Positions 1 through 7,168 of a stretch of 52,376 nucleotides of DNA are shown piece after piece. This DNA is from a virus (Duplodnaviria; Caudoviricetes). The stretch lies in the IMG/VR virus record IMGVR_UViG_3300037486_000387, positions 1 through 52,376 of that record, one strand, 5' to 3'. Position 1 is the stretch's first letter; the number at the start of each line of letters is the position of its first letter. A model generated the notes under the pieces. That model was not told the DNA's origin, searched no databases, and worked only from the letters and a program-made list of their open reading frames with translations. The translations under genes were made by a program, and so were the position numbers.

Positions 1-2
1 GT

Positions 3-74
3 CTTATTGTGACAGCTGCGGCTGGAACATCTACTGTACATGCATCAATGGATTGGGAAGAAGCTTCAAGATGA
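3..74 (+). CDS. 3' end of a truncated phage protein (…HASMDWEEASR*)
   Basis: Open frame from the window edge to TGA at 72-74. Confidence 0.5.
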   Translation, partial: LIVTAAAGTSTVHASMDWEEASR

Positions 75-121
75 AATGGTAAGTAACATTTGTTAAACTA
101 GATAAACAAAGGCATTTGACT

Positions 122-676
122 ATGTATACCCCTGGTCCTCAACCGTATCAACCTACTGAAACCACACAGGTTCAACCGGTTCCTCAGCCCCAGGACAAAC
201 CCAAGGCTCCTGCTAAGTCGAAAGCTAGTGGAGATATCGGGGCATTCATCCAGCAGTTAATTGCACTGTCGTCTTATGTAAAAGAACTTGAGACGCAGTC
301 TCATTTGATTCACCTTAATATTGAAGGTTCAAATTTTCTTGGGCTACATGCATTTCTAAAGGATCAGTACGAAGCGCACCTTGAGCAGTTCGATACCCTT
401 GGTGAGTTTGTCCGTAGCATGGACTACCTCATGCCGATGTGTGGCTGTGGGTTAAAAGATCTGGCACCACCGATACAAGCAGTTAAGTCTTATAAAAGTA
501 GTGACATGCTTGGTGTGTACTACAAAAACCTTGAGGAGCTTGGTGCCAAGGCTAAGAAACTAGAACCTATTGCACAGAAGATCGGTGCTATTGACATCCA
601 GAATTACATGGCTGATCTTGTTGGACAAGCGTTTAAAGCAGCTTGGAAAATTAAAGCTACGTTGCGGAATAACTGA
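122..676 (+). CDS. dps: Dps-family ferritin-like DNA protection/iron-binding protein
   Basis: Dps-like signature SHLIHLNIEGSNFLGLHAFLKDQYE…FDTLGE; P/Q-rich N-terminal extension; ATG at 122. Confidence 0.75.
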   Translation: MYTPGPQPYQPTETTQVQPVPQPQDKPKAPAKSKASGDIGAFIQQLIALSSYVKELETQSHLIHLNIEGSNFLGLHAFLKDQYEAHLEQFDTLGEFVRSMDYLMPMCGCGLKDLAPPIQAVKSYKSSDMLGVYYKNLEELGAKAKKLEPIAQKIGAIDIQNYMADLVGQAFKAAWKIKATLRNN

Positions 677-1203
677 TGGAATTTGCTGGGCGTTTTAAAA
701 AAGAAATGGAGTCAAAAGAACCAAATTGGACTCAAGTAAATGCAGGTTCTTTAGGAACCATTGGATTAATTGCTTCTCCACTTATAAATTATGCGACAGC
801 ATTTGGGAATGCACCAAGGGATGAGTCGATAATTGACCGTGCTGTTCAAACTGAAAAGTATTTTAATAAAGATATTGACCCACGTTTAAAGAATCTTTAT
901 TTACAACAAGGAGGCTTTGGTCTGCAATACAGAGCAGGGCCTATTCTTCAAGAGTTAATTCCTTCAACCACTACTCCTTTTGTACCAGCTGACCTTTCTT
1001 TAGCTGGTAAATATAACGAAGAATTAAAAAAAATTAAACCAGCTAACTACCAAGCGGATATTATTACGGTTACACCTAGTCCTAACCCAGCACGTTTTGC
1101 TACACCAGAATTAACAGCAGTTGAAACTGGGGAGGGTGGTTCCAAGGGATATATTTGGGGAATCCTGAAGAACCTCAATGGACTTATGCACGAGGAAATT
1201 TAA
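676..1203 (+). CDS. hypothetical protein, possibly the N-terminal part of a frameshifted gene
   Basis: 175-aa ORF coupled to the dps stop (TGATG); overlaps the next ORF by 49 nt. Confidence 0.6.
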   Translation: MEFAGRFKKEMESKEPNWTQVNAGSLGTIGLIASPLINYATAFGNAPRDESIIDRAVQTEKYFNKDIDPRLKNLYLQQGGFGLQYRAGPILQELIPSTTTPFVPADLSLAGKYNEELKKIKPANYQADIITVTPSPNPARFATPELTAVETGEGGSKGYIWGILKNLNGLMHEEI

Positions 1204-2273
1204 ACAGAAAAGTTGTTACAACTTCAAATCCAACGTTGTACATGACTAGGCTTGATCTTAACCCTGAAAACAAAAGCTCTTTTAGAACAACAGGAGAAGT
1301 TGAAAATAATCCGACACTCATTGAAAATCGTGTATGGGGACAGCGTCGCCAAGATAAAGGGGATATATATTTTCCTAAAGAAAATATTCAAGCAAGAGGA
1401 GAAGTAACTGCTGCAGACTTGTATACTAAGTTACGAGATTATGGTTTTAATCCTGAACCTTTAGCTGATGTGAATCGACCAGATAAATATTTTATGAACT
1501 TAGCTAATCGTTTAGCAACTGTTGAAGGAACGCCAGGACGCCCAGCACCAATAAATCAAGTGTTGCAAAATATAGCTACACCTGTACCTGCTTTAGGTGT
1601 TTCTGAAAGAGAGCGTGGCTCTATACCAATTTTAAAAGAGTTTGATCCATTAAACGCAACAGCTGAGCAAAGAACAAAAGCTGGAATTAACAAAATTTTT
1701 AACAATTCAATGGATCCAAATTTAAACTCTGATTTTACATGGGACCACGTAAAGGTTGGAAACAGAGAAACTTTATTAACTATTCCAGAAGGTTTATCTA
1801 GAGAACCGTCTACATATGCAGGCCGTGGTTTCAGGAACATTAGCCCATTAAAATCAGGTGCTTTTGCTGCAGGAGCTTTTTATAGTCCAGAAATTTTTGA
1901 AGACCTAGAAAAAGGACGTTATGACTCTGCTGTAGCAAAAGCAGGCGCCGCTGCAACAACAGGCGCATTGATGGAAGGGGCAGTTAGAACTGGAGTTGTT
2001 AAAGCTGCTCAAGCTGGAATTGCTGTTCCAGCGCGTGCTTTAGCTGTTGCTAATCCTATTGTTTCCGCGATTACAACAGCAACTTTAGCTCCTCGTTCTT
2101 CCAGAGTAACTCCTGCTGTTGTTGCTGCTGAAAAAAAAGCTATTGAAGCGCAGTTCCAAAGAGCAGAGGCTGCTCGAAAACGTGGTGGCAAATGGAAGTT
2201 TCCAACACCTTTTGGCCAAGTAACAATTCCTGAACTAGGCTTGTCCGAAGCTGGTGGTTTGTTTTTCCGTTAA
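1155..2273 (+). CDS. hypothetical protein with Ala-rich hydrophobic C-terminal part, possibly virion-associated
   Basis: 372-aa ORF with a weak TTG start inside the upstream ORF. Confidence 0.6.
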   Translation: MGNPEEPQWTYARGNLNRKVVTTSNPTLYMTRLDLNPENKSSFRTTGEVENNPTLIENRVWGQRRQDKGDIYFPKENIQARGEVTAADLYTKLRDYGFNPEPLADVNRPDKYFMNLANRLATVEGTPGRPAPINQVLQNIATPVPALGVSERERGSIPILKEFDPLNATAEQRTKAGINKIFNNSMDPNLNSDFTWDHVKVGNRETLLTIPEGLSREPSTYAGRGFRNISPLKSGAFAAGAFYSPEIFEDLEKGRYDSAVAKAGAAATTGALMEGAVRTGVVKAAQAGIAVPARALAVANPIVSAITTATLAPRSSRVTPAVVAAEKKAIEAQFQRAEAARKRGGKWKFPTPFGQVTIPELGLSEAGGLFFR

Positions 2274-2524
2274 TCTACCCAGTGCTCAAGCCTGTGGCAA
2301 TTACAACATAGTGGTATACATTTCTTGATTTCTTTTTGGATGCGCTCCCAAGCATATCCATGATTAACCATTGAAGATATGTTTAAATCTTTATCGCCAA
2401 GGTGATGAAATTCAAGGACACGATGATCGGACAACTCACAATGATCACAACGTAAAGTCTTTTTATACGCAAGTAACGATTGACGATTTCGTTCAATACG
2501 TTTTCGTGCGTGTGTCCAGGTCAT
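2270..2524 (-). CDS. small HNH-type endonuclease
   Basis: CDHC…LEFHH…CIPLCCNCHRLEH zinc/HNH motifs. Confidence 0.8.
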   Translation of the reverse strand: MTWTHARKRIERNRQSLLAYKKTLRCDHCELSDHRVLEFHHLGDKDLNISSMVNHGYAWERIQKEIKKCIPLCCNCHRLEHWVD

Positions 2525-2528
2525 TTAA

Positions 2529-2600
2529 TCTGCTGTACTGGAATCGAACCAGCTTTCTAATTCCCTTGTCGGGATGTCCTTACCAATAGACTACCAGCAG
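2529..2600 (-). ncRNA. tRNA-like RNA with non-canonical anticodon arm
   Basis: Acceptor CTGCTGG/ACAGCAG, D arm GTCT-ATTGGTAA-GGAC, T arm GCTGG-TTCGATT-CCAGT; middle arm TCCC-GACAA-GGGA has only a 5-nt loop. Confidence 0.75.
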
Positions 2601-2614
2601 GTAAGATATAACTT

Positions 2615-2858
2615 TAGCTCTCTTGCCACCAGGCTGCTGAGGTGCTACACTTCGTTTGTGGATTTCGCTCTGTCACCACCGACTAAAAGAACAAGAGCCG
2701 CCCTGGCCGGTGCGTATCCGATACCCCCGTTTCCTCTACAGGATGAAGAGGGTGCTTAGTCCCAGCGGATTGTAGGGACCCAGCAGGCGAATCGGGCCTG
2801 CGTTCAACCCTTTACTTAAGTGGGGTTGAGAAAGTCCTGGGGTTAGTCACCCAGGCAA
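2615..2858 (-). ncRNA. multi-hairpin structured RNA(s), possibly related to the cyanophage manA/wcaG RNA motifs
   Basis: Five consecutive hairpins (2836-2855, 2804-2829, 2783-2801, 2759-2779, 2733-2751), loop complementarity to ATCGGAT at 2716-2722, and an enclosing stem 2620/2697; family name is from memory only. Confidence 0.6.
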
Positions 2859-2875
2859 CCATTTGCTTCTTTACA

Positions 2876-3235
2876 ATGAACACATACAAGCTCACATTAA
2901 GCCAACTAAAAATACCAGGAGTAAAAATTCTTAAGAGCTTAGTGGCAGGACCAAAGCCATATGATTACAACAAGCTTACTTATTGCCATTTTAAAAACTC
3001 GGATGATTATTACGCATTCAAATTTAACTTAAATCTACATGACATACTTGCGGAAATTTTTGTAGGATCAGAAATTCTAGAAGATGAAGAATACACTATG
3101 GGTTGGAAAGGTTTGACAGATAAAGAAAAAATTATCTATGGCAATTTTGCAAATATTGTATTTTTGTTGAAGCAGGACATCGCAAGCTTACAAGAAGAAA
3201 TATACGCCCTCACTGAAAGACTGGACAACATTTAG
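2876..3235 (+). CDS. hypothetical AT-rich protein inserted antisense inside the RNA cluster
   Basis: 119-aa ATG ORF with C-terminal coiled-coil pattern. Confidence 0.6.
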   Translation: MNTYKLTLSQLKIPGVKILKSLVAGPKPYDYNKLTYCHFKNSDDYYAFKFNLNLHDILAEIFVGSEILEDEEYTMGWKGLTDKEKIIYGNFANIVFLLKQDIASLQEEIYALTERLDNI

Positions 3236-3310
3236 CACTTAGGAGTGATTCGAACACTCATCGTCCTGCAGCAGCAGTAACCGCCCTATCCAATTGGTTC
3301 GCACTGAGTG
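3235..3310 (-). ncRNA. tRNA-like RNA with aberrant D and anticodon arms
   Basis: Acceptor CACTCAG/CTAAGTG, perfect T arm GAGTG-TTCGAAT-CACTC, D-loop-like AATTGGATA, middle arm CTGC-TGCT-GCAG. Confidence 0.7.
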
Positions 3311-3317
3311 AATGTTT

Positions 3318-3406
3318 GGGGAGAAGGTGAACTTGAACCACCATTGCCAATGGACGGAATCGAACCGCCTCTGACGCCGACGCGCCCACCGCCAAGGTGC
3401 TCTCCC
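3318..3406 (-). ncRNA. five-arm tRNA-like RNA with two T-loop-like hairpins (copy 2)
   Basis: GGGAGAG/TTCTCCC closing stem; CACC-TTGGC-GGTG; GGCGC-GTCG-GCGTC; GGCGG-TTCGATT-CCGTC; GGTGG-TTCAAGT-TCACC. Confidence 0.8.
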
Positions 3407-3439
3407 AGTGTTGTTCCAGCTTACCAGAAGATCAATGAA

Positions 3440-3528
3440 GGGAAGGCGCAGGACTCGAACCTGCCTTGACCTTACGGAATTGAACCGTTCCCCGCCGTCG
3501 CGAGCCGCACCGTTTGCGGATACCTTCC
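3440..3528 (-). ncRNA. five-arm tRNA-like RNA with two T-loop-like hairpins (copy 1)
   Basis: GGAAGGT/GCCTTCC closing stem; CCGCA-AACGG-TGCGG; CTCGC-GACG-GCGGG; ACGG-TTCAATT-CCGT; GCAGG-TTCGAGT-CCTGC. Confidence 0.8.
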
Positions 3529-3532
3529 AGTG

Positions 3533-3681
3533 ACCCCCAGGTTTGAGCATTGTTAAGAGGCTTAGGGGGTGTTTTGGCGGTCTCTGCAGAGTAGGTCACC
3601 GACTATACGCCAGCAACCACCGCCAGGATAGAAGGAGCAAGCGTAGGCTTTGGTTAAAAGCGTAGAGGCTTGCCCTCTGTC
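3533..3681 (-). ncRNA. three small structured RNA modules at the 5' end of the RNA cluster
   Basis: ACCCCC/GGGGGT stem (3533-3570); three-way junction closed by TGGCGGT/ACCGCCA (3575-3625); hairpin AGAGG-GCAAG-CCTCT with loop complementary to a downstream CTTGC (3631-3681). Confidence 0.6.
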
Positions 3682-3687
3682 AGAAAT

Positions 3688-3696
3688 ACTATAGCA
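3688..3696 (-). promoter_or_regulatory. extended -10 promoter TGCTATAGT for the RNA cluster
   Basis: TGn-TATAGT about 7 nt upstream of the first structured element. Confidence 0.6.
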
Positions 3697-3698
3697 GA

Positions 3699-3866
3699 TT
3701 ACTTCTTCTTAGCAGCAGCCTCTTTCTTTTTGGCGATCATCTCTTTGAACTTGTCACGAGCAGTTGCTTGAGCATCACTGACACCAGCCTTGCCCTTGGG
3801 GGGAACTGGCTTGCCTTTAGGTGGTACAGCTTTACCTTTGGCAACGGGGGGTTTCTTGGCAGCCAT
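3699..3866 (-). CDS. small Lys/Pro/Ala-rich basic protein
   Basis: MAAKKPPVAKGKAVPPKGKPVPPKGK…; ATG at 3866. Confidence 0.65.
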   Translation of the reverse strand: MAAKKPPVAKGKAVPPKGKPVPPKGKAGVSDAQATARDKFKEMIAKKKEAAAKKK

Positions 3867-3938
3867 GATATCTAATGGATGTTTAAGATCATCTTTATTA
3901 TTATACAGTTTCATTTGGTGTTTTAATACTACTATTGG

Positions 3939-4265
3939 TTAATGACGATGACCTTCGTGGGCTTTATGGAATTTTTCCATCAGGTCTTCCATGTGCTCCA
4001 GGGATTCGAGCCGCATTAAGATATCTGAAATGGTGTTGATCGTGATTGGGTGTTCGGCGCGAGCAGCAAATGCCAACGCATCACGTAGGCAATTGGTGGC
4101 ACCAAGGATGGATTCCTTGACTTGATTTGAAAGTGCCATTTCAGAACGTAGGCAATTGGTGGCACCAAGGATGGATTCCTTGACTTGATTTGAAAGTGCC
4201 ATTTCAGAACGTAGGCAATTGGTGGCACCAAGGATGGATTCCTTGGCTTGATTTGAAAGTGCCAT
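3939..4265 (-). CDS. small cyanophage-type hypothetical protein with triplicated N-terminus
   Basis: MALSNQ(V/A)KESILGATNCLR occurs three times, then DALAFAARAEHP…. Confidence 0.6.
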   Translation of the reverse strand: MALSNQAKESILGATNCLRSEMALSNQVKESILGATNCLRSEMALSNQVKESILGATNCLRDALAFAARAEHPITINTISDILMRLESLEHMEDLMEKFHKAHEGHRH

Positions 4266-4271
4266 TTCAGA
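4083..4271. repeat. 3 x 63-bp tandem repeat
   Basis: Copies at 4083-4145, 4146-4208, 4209-4271; one substitution in the third copy. Confidence 0.95.
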
Positions 4272-4330
4272 TTGTTTTGGTGCTCTCAGTATAGGGCCTG
4301 CAATAAACATGTGCATACTGTGGACTACGG

Positions 4331-4933
4331 TTATTCTGGCACGGCTTCTTTCCAGATCCAACCTACTTGATAACCGTCAAGGTAGGGTTCGATCCCCAGG
4401 GATTCCATTAGTTCATAGATGAGACGCCCTTTACCAATACGTTTTCCAGCTGGTGTTACAAGATTGTCATCCACTACGATCAACGTGCCATCTTTGATGC
4501 AGTTCTTGGCTGCGAACAACTCCTTTAGGTGGTGTGCAGCAGGTGCCCAGTCGTTATTCCAATCGTCGATATTGTAGGAATCTAGGTAGAGCAGATCAAT
4601 TTTACCTTCGAGAGTACCAAGGAATTCAACTGAATCTGATTCAATAACCTCAGTGAACCACGTATTTTTTTCTGCGAGCTTGCAGGCGACAGGATCAATG
4701 TCAACGGAAAGAACGTCGCCGCCGTGATAATCAACAAAGCTATCAAAGAGAAGAGTAGAGCAGCCGTCACCTTCGTAATTGTTTTCTTCACGGTAAGTAC
4801 CAGTCTCGACAATGACAGGATTTTTAACGGTGGTTAGGTATTCAAATATTTTTTTGAAACCATCCCTGCGATCGTTAAGACGTGGTTGAATCTCTTGGAA
4901 GTATTCAGCCCAAGTTTCGTGATAATCTTTCAT
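4331..4933 (-). CDS. class I SAM-dependent methyltransferase (Methyltransf_24-like)
   Basis: IVETGT, SVDID, DLLYLDS and IVVDD motifs. Confidence 0.8.
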   Translation of the reverse strand: MKDYHETWAEYFQEIQPRLNDRRDGFKKIFEYLTTVKNPVIVETGTYREENNYEGDGCSTLLFDSFVDYHGGDVLSVDIDPVACKLAEKNTWFTEVIESDSVEFLGTLEGKIDLLYLDSYNIDDWNNDWAPAAHHLKELFAAKNCIKDGTLIVVDDNLVTPAGKRIGKGRLIYELMESLGIEPYLDGYQVGWIWKEAVPE

Positions 4934-4945
4934 GACAAAAAAACT

Positions 4946-5098
4946 TTAGAGGTCAATGCGGAGGTAATCAATTTTTTCTTGTTGAAGATGTTCTTCGTGA
5001 AGATCAGCTTCTATGTCTTCGTAGTCATCAAAGGCTAGTTTATTGAAACCGTCAGGGGTGTGTTCTCCGTAATAAAAACGCACTGACTTACACACCAT
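4946..5098 (-). CDS. small acidic hypothetical protein (50 aa, not in the ORF track)
   Basis: MVCKSVRFYYG…DYLRIDL*, directly upstream of the methyltransferase. Confidence 0.55.
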   Translation of the reverse strand: MVCKSVRFYYGEHTPDGFNKLAFDDYEDIEADLHEEHLQQEKIDYLRIDL

Positions 5099-5224
5099 AA
5101 TAGATTATTTAAAGATTGGGTTGGTCTACTACCAGGGTAGCGTACGCCAGTTTGATTGGAAAGCTGGGAATTCTTACGATTCGTTCATATATGCGTTAGA
5201 TTGCTGGCAATATAAAAAACGCAG

Positions 5225-6040
5225 ATGAGCAACGATTGGCGAGGCCGGCTCGAAGGTTTGAACCGTGGTCCGGCACGAATTACGCTCAATGGTAAGCGGC
5301 ATTACGTCACTCCTTTTGATACGGGGCCAGCACCCTCAGTCACTACGATTCTTTCGGAGACTGCATCAGAAGCAAACAAAAAAAAATTAGAGATGTGGTC
5401 TAAGGCAAATCCTGGAGTGAAGGAAGCTGCTGCGGAACGTGGAACTGCTATACACTATGGGATGGAACAATACCTTAAAGGTAATAAAGCTCCGGAGATC
5501 AAGGAAGATTATGCGGATTTTTGGTCAGGTATGCCAGGGATTCTGGACCAATTTACGGAGGTACTTTGGGCAGAATCTCCAATGGTTGAACGTTTTAACT
5601 TTACTGTGGGTTCTGATGATGTGGCTCGCGTGTGGGGTTGCGATGATGAAGGCCGTGCTTGGGCTGGCGCTCCTGACATTATTGGCGTGGTTAATAACAA
5701 GCTTACTCTTGCTGATTTGAAGACTAGTGTCAAACCCTATAGTCGTAATTGGCCTAAAGATTTGGAGAAAGGATCGCCTGAATGGCGAGACTTACTGGGG
5801 GGTCATTTGAAGTTTAAAAAGTGCATGTTGCAGTTGGGAGCTTACGACCTATCTATTACCCAGACTTTAGGAATAACAGTACAACAAGCTGCAATCATTG
5901 TTTCAACACCAATACGTACACAAATTTTTAAAATCTCTAGAAATTATTTAAATGTGATGCATGAAAAATGGCACAAAATAGTTAAAGAGTACTATACACA
6001 AATTGAAACTTATGGCAGGCATGATCCTGATTTAATTTAA
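5225..6040 (+). CDS. PD-(D/E)XK exonuclease (Cas4/RecB/MGME1-like phage exonuclease)
   Basis: PSVTTILS, RGTAIH, AGAPD, ADLKTS and QLGAY motifs. Confidence 0.85.
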   Translation: MSNDWRGRLEGLNRGPARITLNGKRHYVTPFDTGPAPSVTTILSETASEANKKKLEMWSKANPGVKEAAAERGTAIHYGMEQYLKGNKAPEIKEDYADFWSGMPGILDQFTEVLWAESPMVERFNFTVGSDDVARVWGCDDEGRAWAGAPDIIGVVNNKLTLADLKTSVKPYSRNWPKDLEKGSPEWRDLLGGHLKFKKCMLQLGAYDLSITQTLGITVQQAAIIVSTPIRTQIFKISRNYLNVMHEKWHKIVKEYYTQIETYGRHDPDLI

Positions 6041-6745
6041 AAATAATATCCATCCACCAGTTGAATACTGTTTTCCTAAAGCAACTCTATTTACAGCTGC
6101 TTGATGCAAAGCAAGAACCCTAACAGCTTCTTTTTGGGATACAAAAGATTTAATTTCTTTTGTTTTTATGTTTTGTAAAACTACTACCTTGCTCTGATCA
6201 GGTCTATTAATCCATTTATCTTTGTTGTACACACCAATTTTACGGCGTGTTTCCTTAGACATTCTTTTTCCTAAAGCTTTTGCTTTTATTTTTTCTTTTG
6301 TTGCCAGGCTGTGTTTCCTTCCTGTGTTTGCTAATTTAAGACGTTCAAGATGCCACGGACTAAGTTTTTTATTTTTGTTTTTTTGTCTAATCTTTTCTTT
6401 TGTTTCTTCACTCATGTTTCTACTGGCAATACGTAACCGTTCGATAGTTTCTTTGCTGTGATGTTGGCCAGCCCAGGTAAATCCCGTTGTCGTTACCCTT
6501 GCTCTATTAGCAAACGTGTTGCTGACTGCAACGTCCAAAATAAAATGCAAATAAATTTCATGTTTAAAAGCTTCTTCCCTAGAGCGGAATACTTTTAAGA
6601 TAATCTTTTGCTGTGGTTTAAAAGACTTATCCTTGTAACTTCCGAAGTATTTTGTATCTTCTTTGGGTAAGCACTTGCACGACCTACTGCCAATGTATTT
6701 ACGCTCATCTGCAGGATCAATACTCATGTAAGTGTAATGGTACAT
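6032..6745 (-). CDS. GIY-YIG homing endonuclease with NUMOD3-like repeats
   Basis: YHYTY…KYIGSR…YFGS…E…N catalytic domain; HSKETIERL, MSEETKEKI, HSLATKEKI and MSKETRRKI repeats; C-terminal HTH. Confidence 0.85.
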   Translation of the reverse strand: MYHYTYMSIDPADERKYIGSRSCKCLPKEDTKYFGSYKDKSFKPQQKIILKVFRSREEAFKHEIYLHFILDVAVSNTFANRARVTTTGFTWAGQHHSKETIERLRIASRNMSEETKEKIRQKNKNKKLSPWHLERLKLANTGRKHSLATKEKIKAKALGKRMSKETRRKIGVYNKDKWINRPDQSKVVVLQNIKTKEIKSFVSQKEAVRVLALHQAAVNRVALGKQYSTGGWILFLN

Positions 6746-6843
6746 AAAAACAAGAGCTTTCTGTGTATGATATTAGCACGTAAGCGATCTTTATGGAAAG
6801 GCATGAGAACGTTAAAAGTTGTAACAATTGTAACCTTAGCTTT

Positions 6844-7026
6844 TTAATTGTAATACGCCGATTCATTTTGACTTAGCCCCAGGTCACTCGCACCAAATGC
6901 AAGGCGTGGGTTTGCTTGTAGCATCGCACGTTCTGGGCTTAAGCTTTTGATTTTTCCTTCGATCTTAGGACCCGCCATTTCCCTGGAAGGAGCCACATCA
7001 GCTAAATATTTTCCAGCAATCTGCAT
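6844..7026 (-). CDS. small hypothetical protein (MQIAGKYL…)
   Basis: Internal ATG at 7026 of the track ORF. Confidence 0.5.
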   Translation of the reverse strand: MQIAGKYLADVAPSREMAGPKIEGKIKSLSPERAMLQANPRLAFGASDLGLSQNESAYYN

Positions 7027-7168
7027 AGGTTTATTGCTGCAACTCTCATTATAAACGAACTGCTGCTTGAGAATCATGTGTCTCATTAGACTTATTGATT
7101 CTTATGATTCTGGTAGTTTTTAGCTGGCTGACCAGGGGTAGGATAGGAAAGCACTCAAATCGATCCCC

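Noticed and set aside
2371-2759. Two short plus-strand ORFs (2371-2589, 2574-2759)
   Set aside because: They are antisense to the HNH gene and structured RNAs and show no protein motifs.
2529-3528. Calling the elements ordinary tRNA-Val/Ser/Leu or a tmRNA
   Set aside because: Anticodon arms are non-canonical, and no Ala-type acceptor or tag reading frame was recognised.
3239-3550. 103-aa minus-strand ORF
   Set aside because: It runs across three tRNA-like RNAs; structured RNA explains the region better.
4083-4271. CRISPR array (repeat near a Cas4-like nuclease)
   Set aside because: Repeats are contiguous with no spacers and are in-frame coding; the nuclease lacks the Cas4 Fe-S cysteine cluster pattern.
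7060-7115. TGAGA/TCTCA inverted motifs as replication-origin iterons (also near 11260-11385)
   Set aside because: Motifs are too short and too few to separate from chance by eye.
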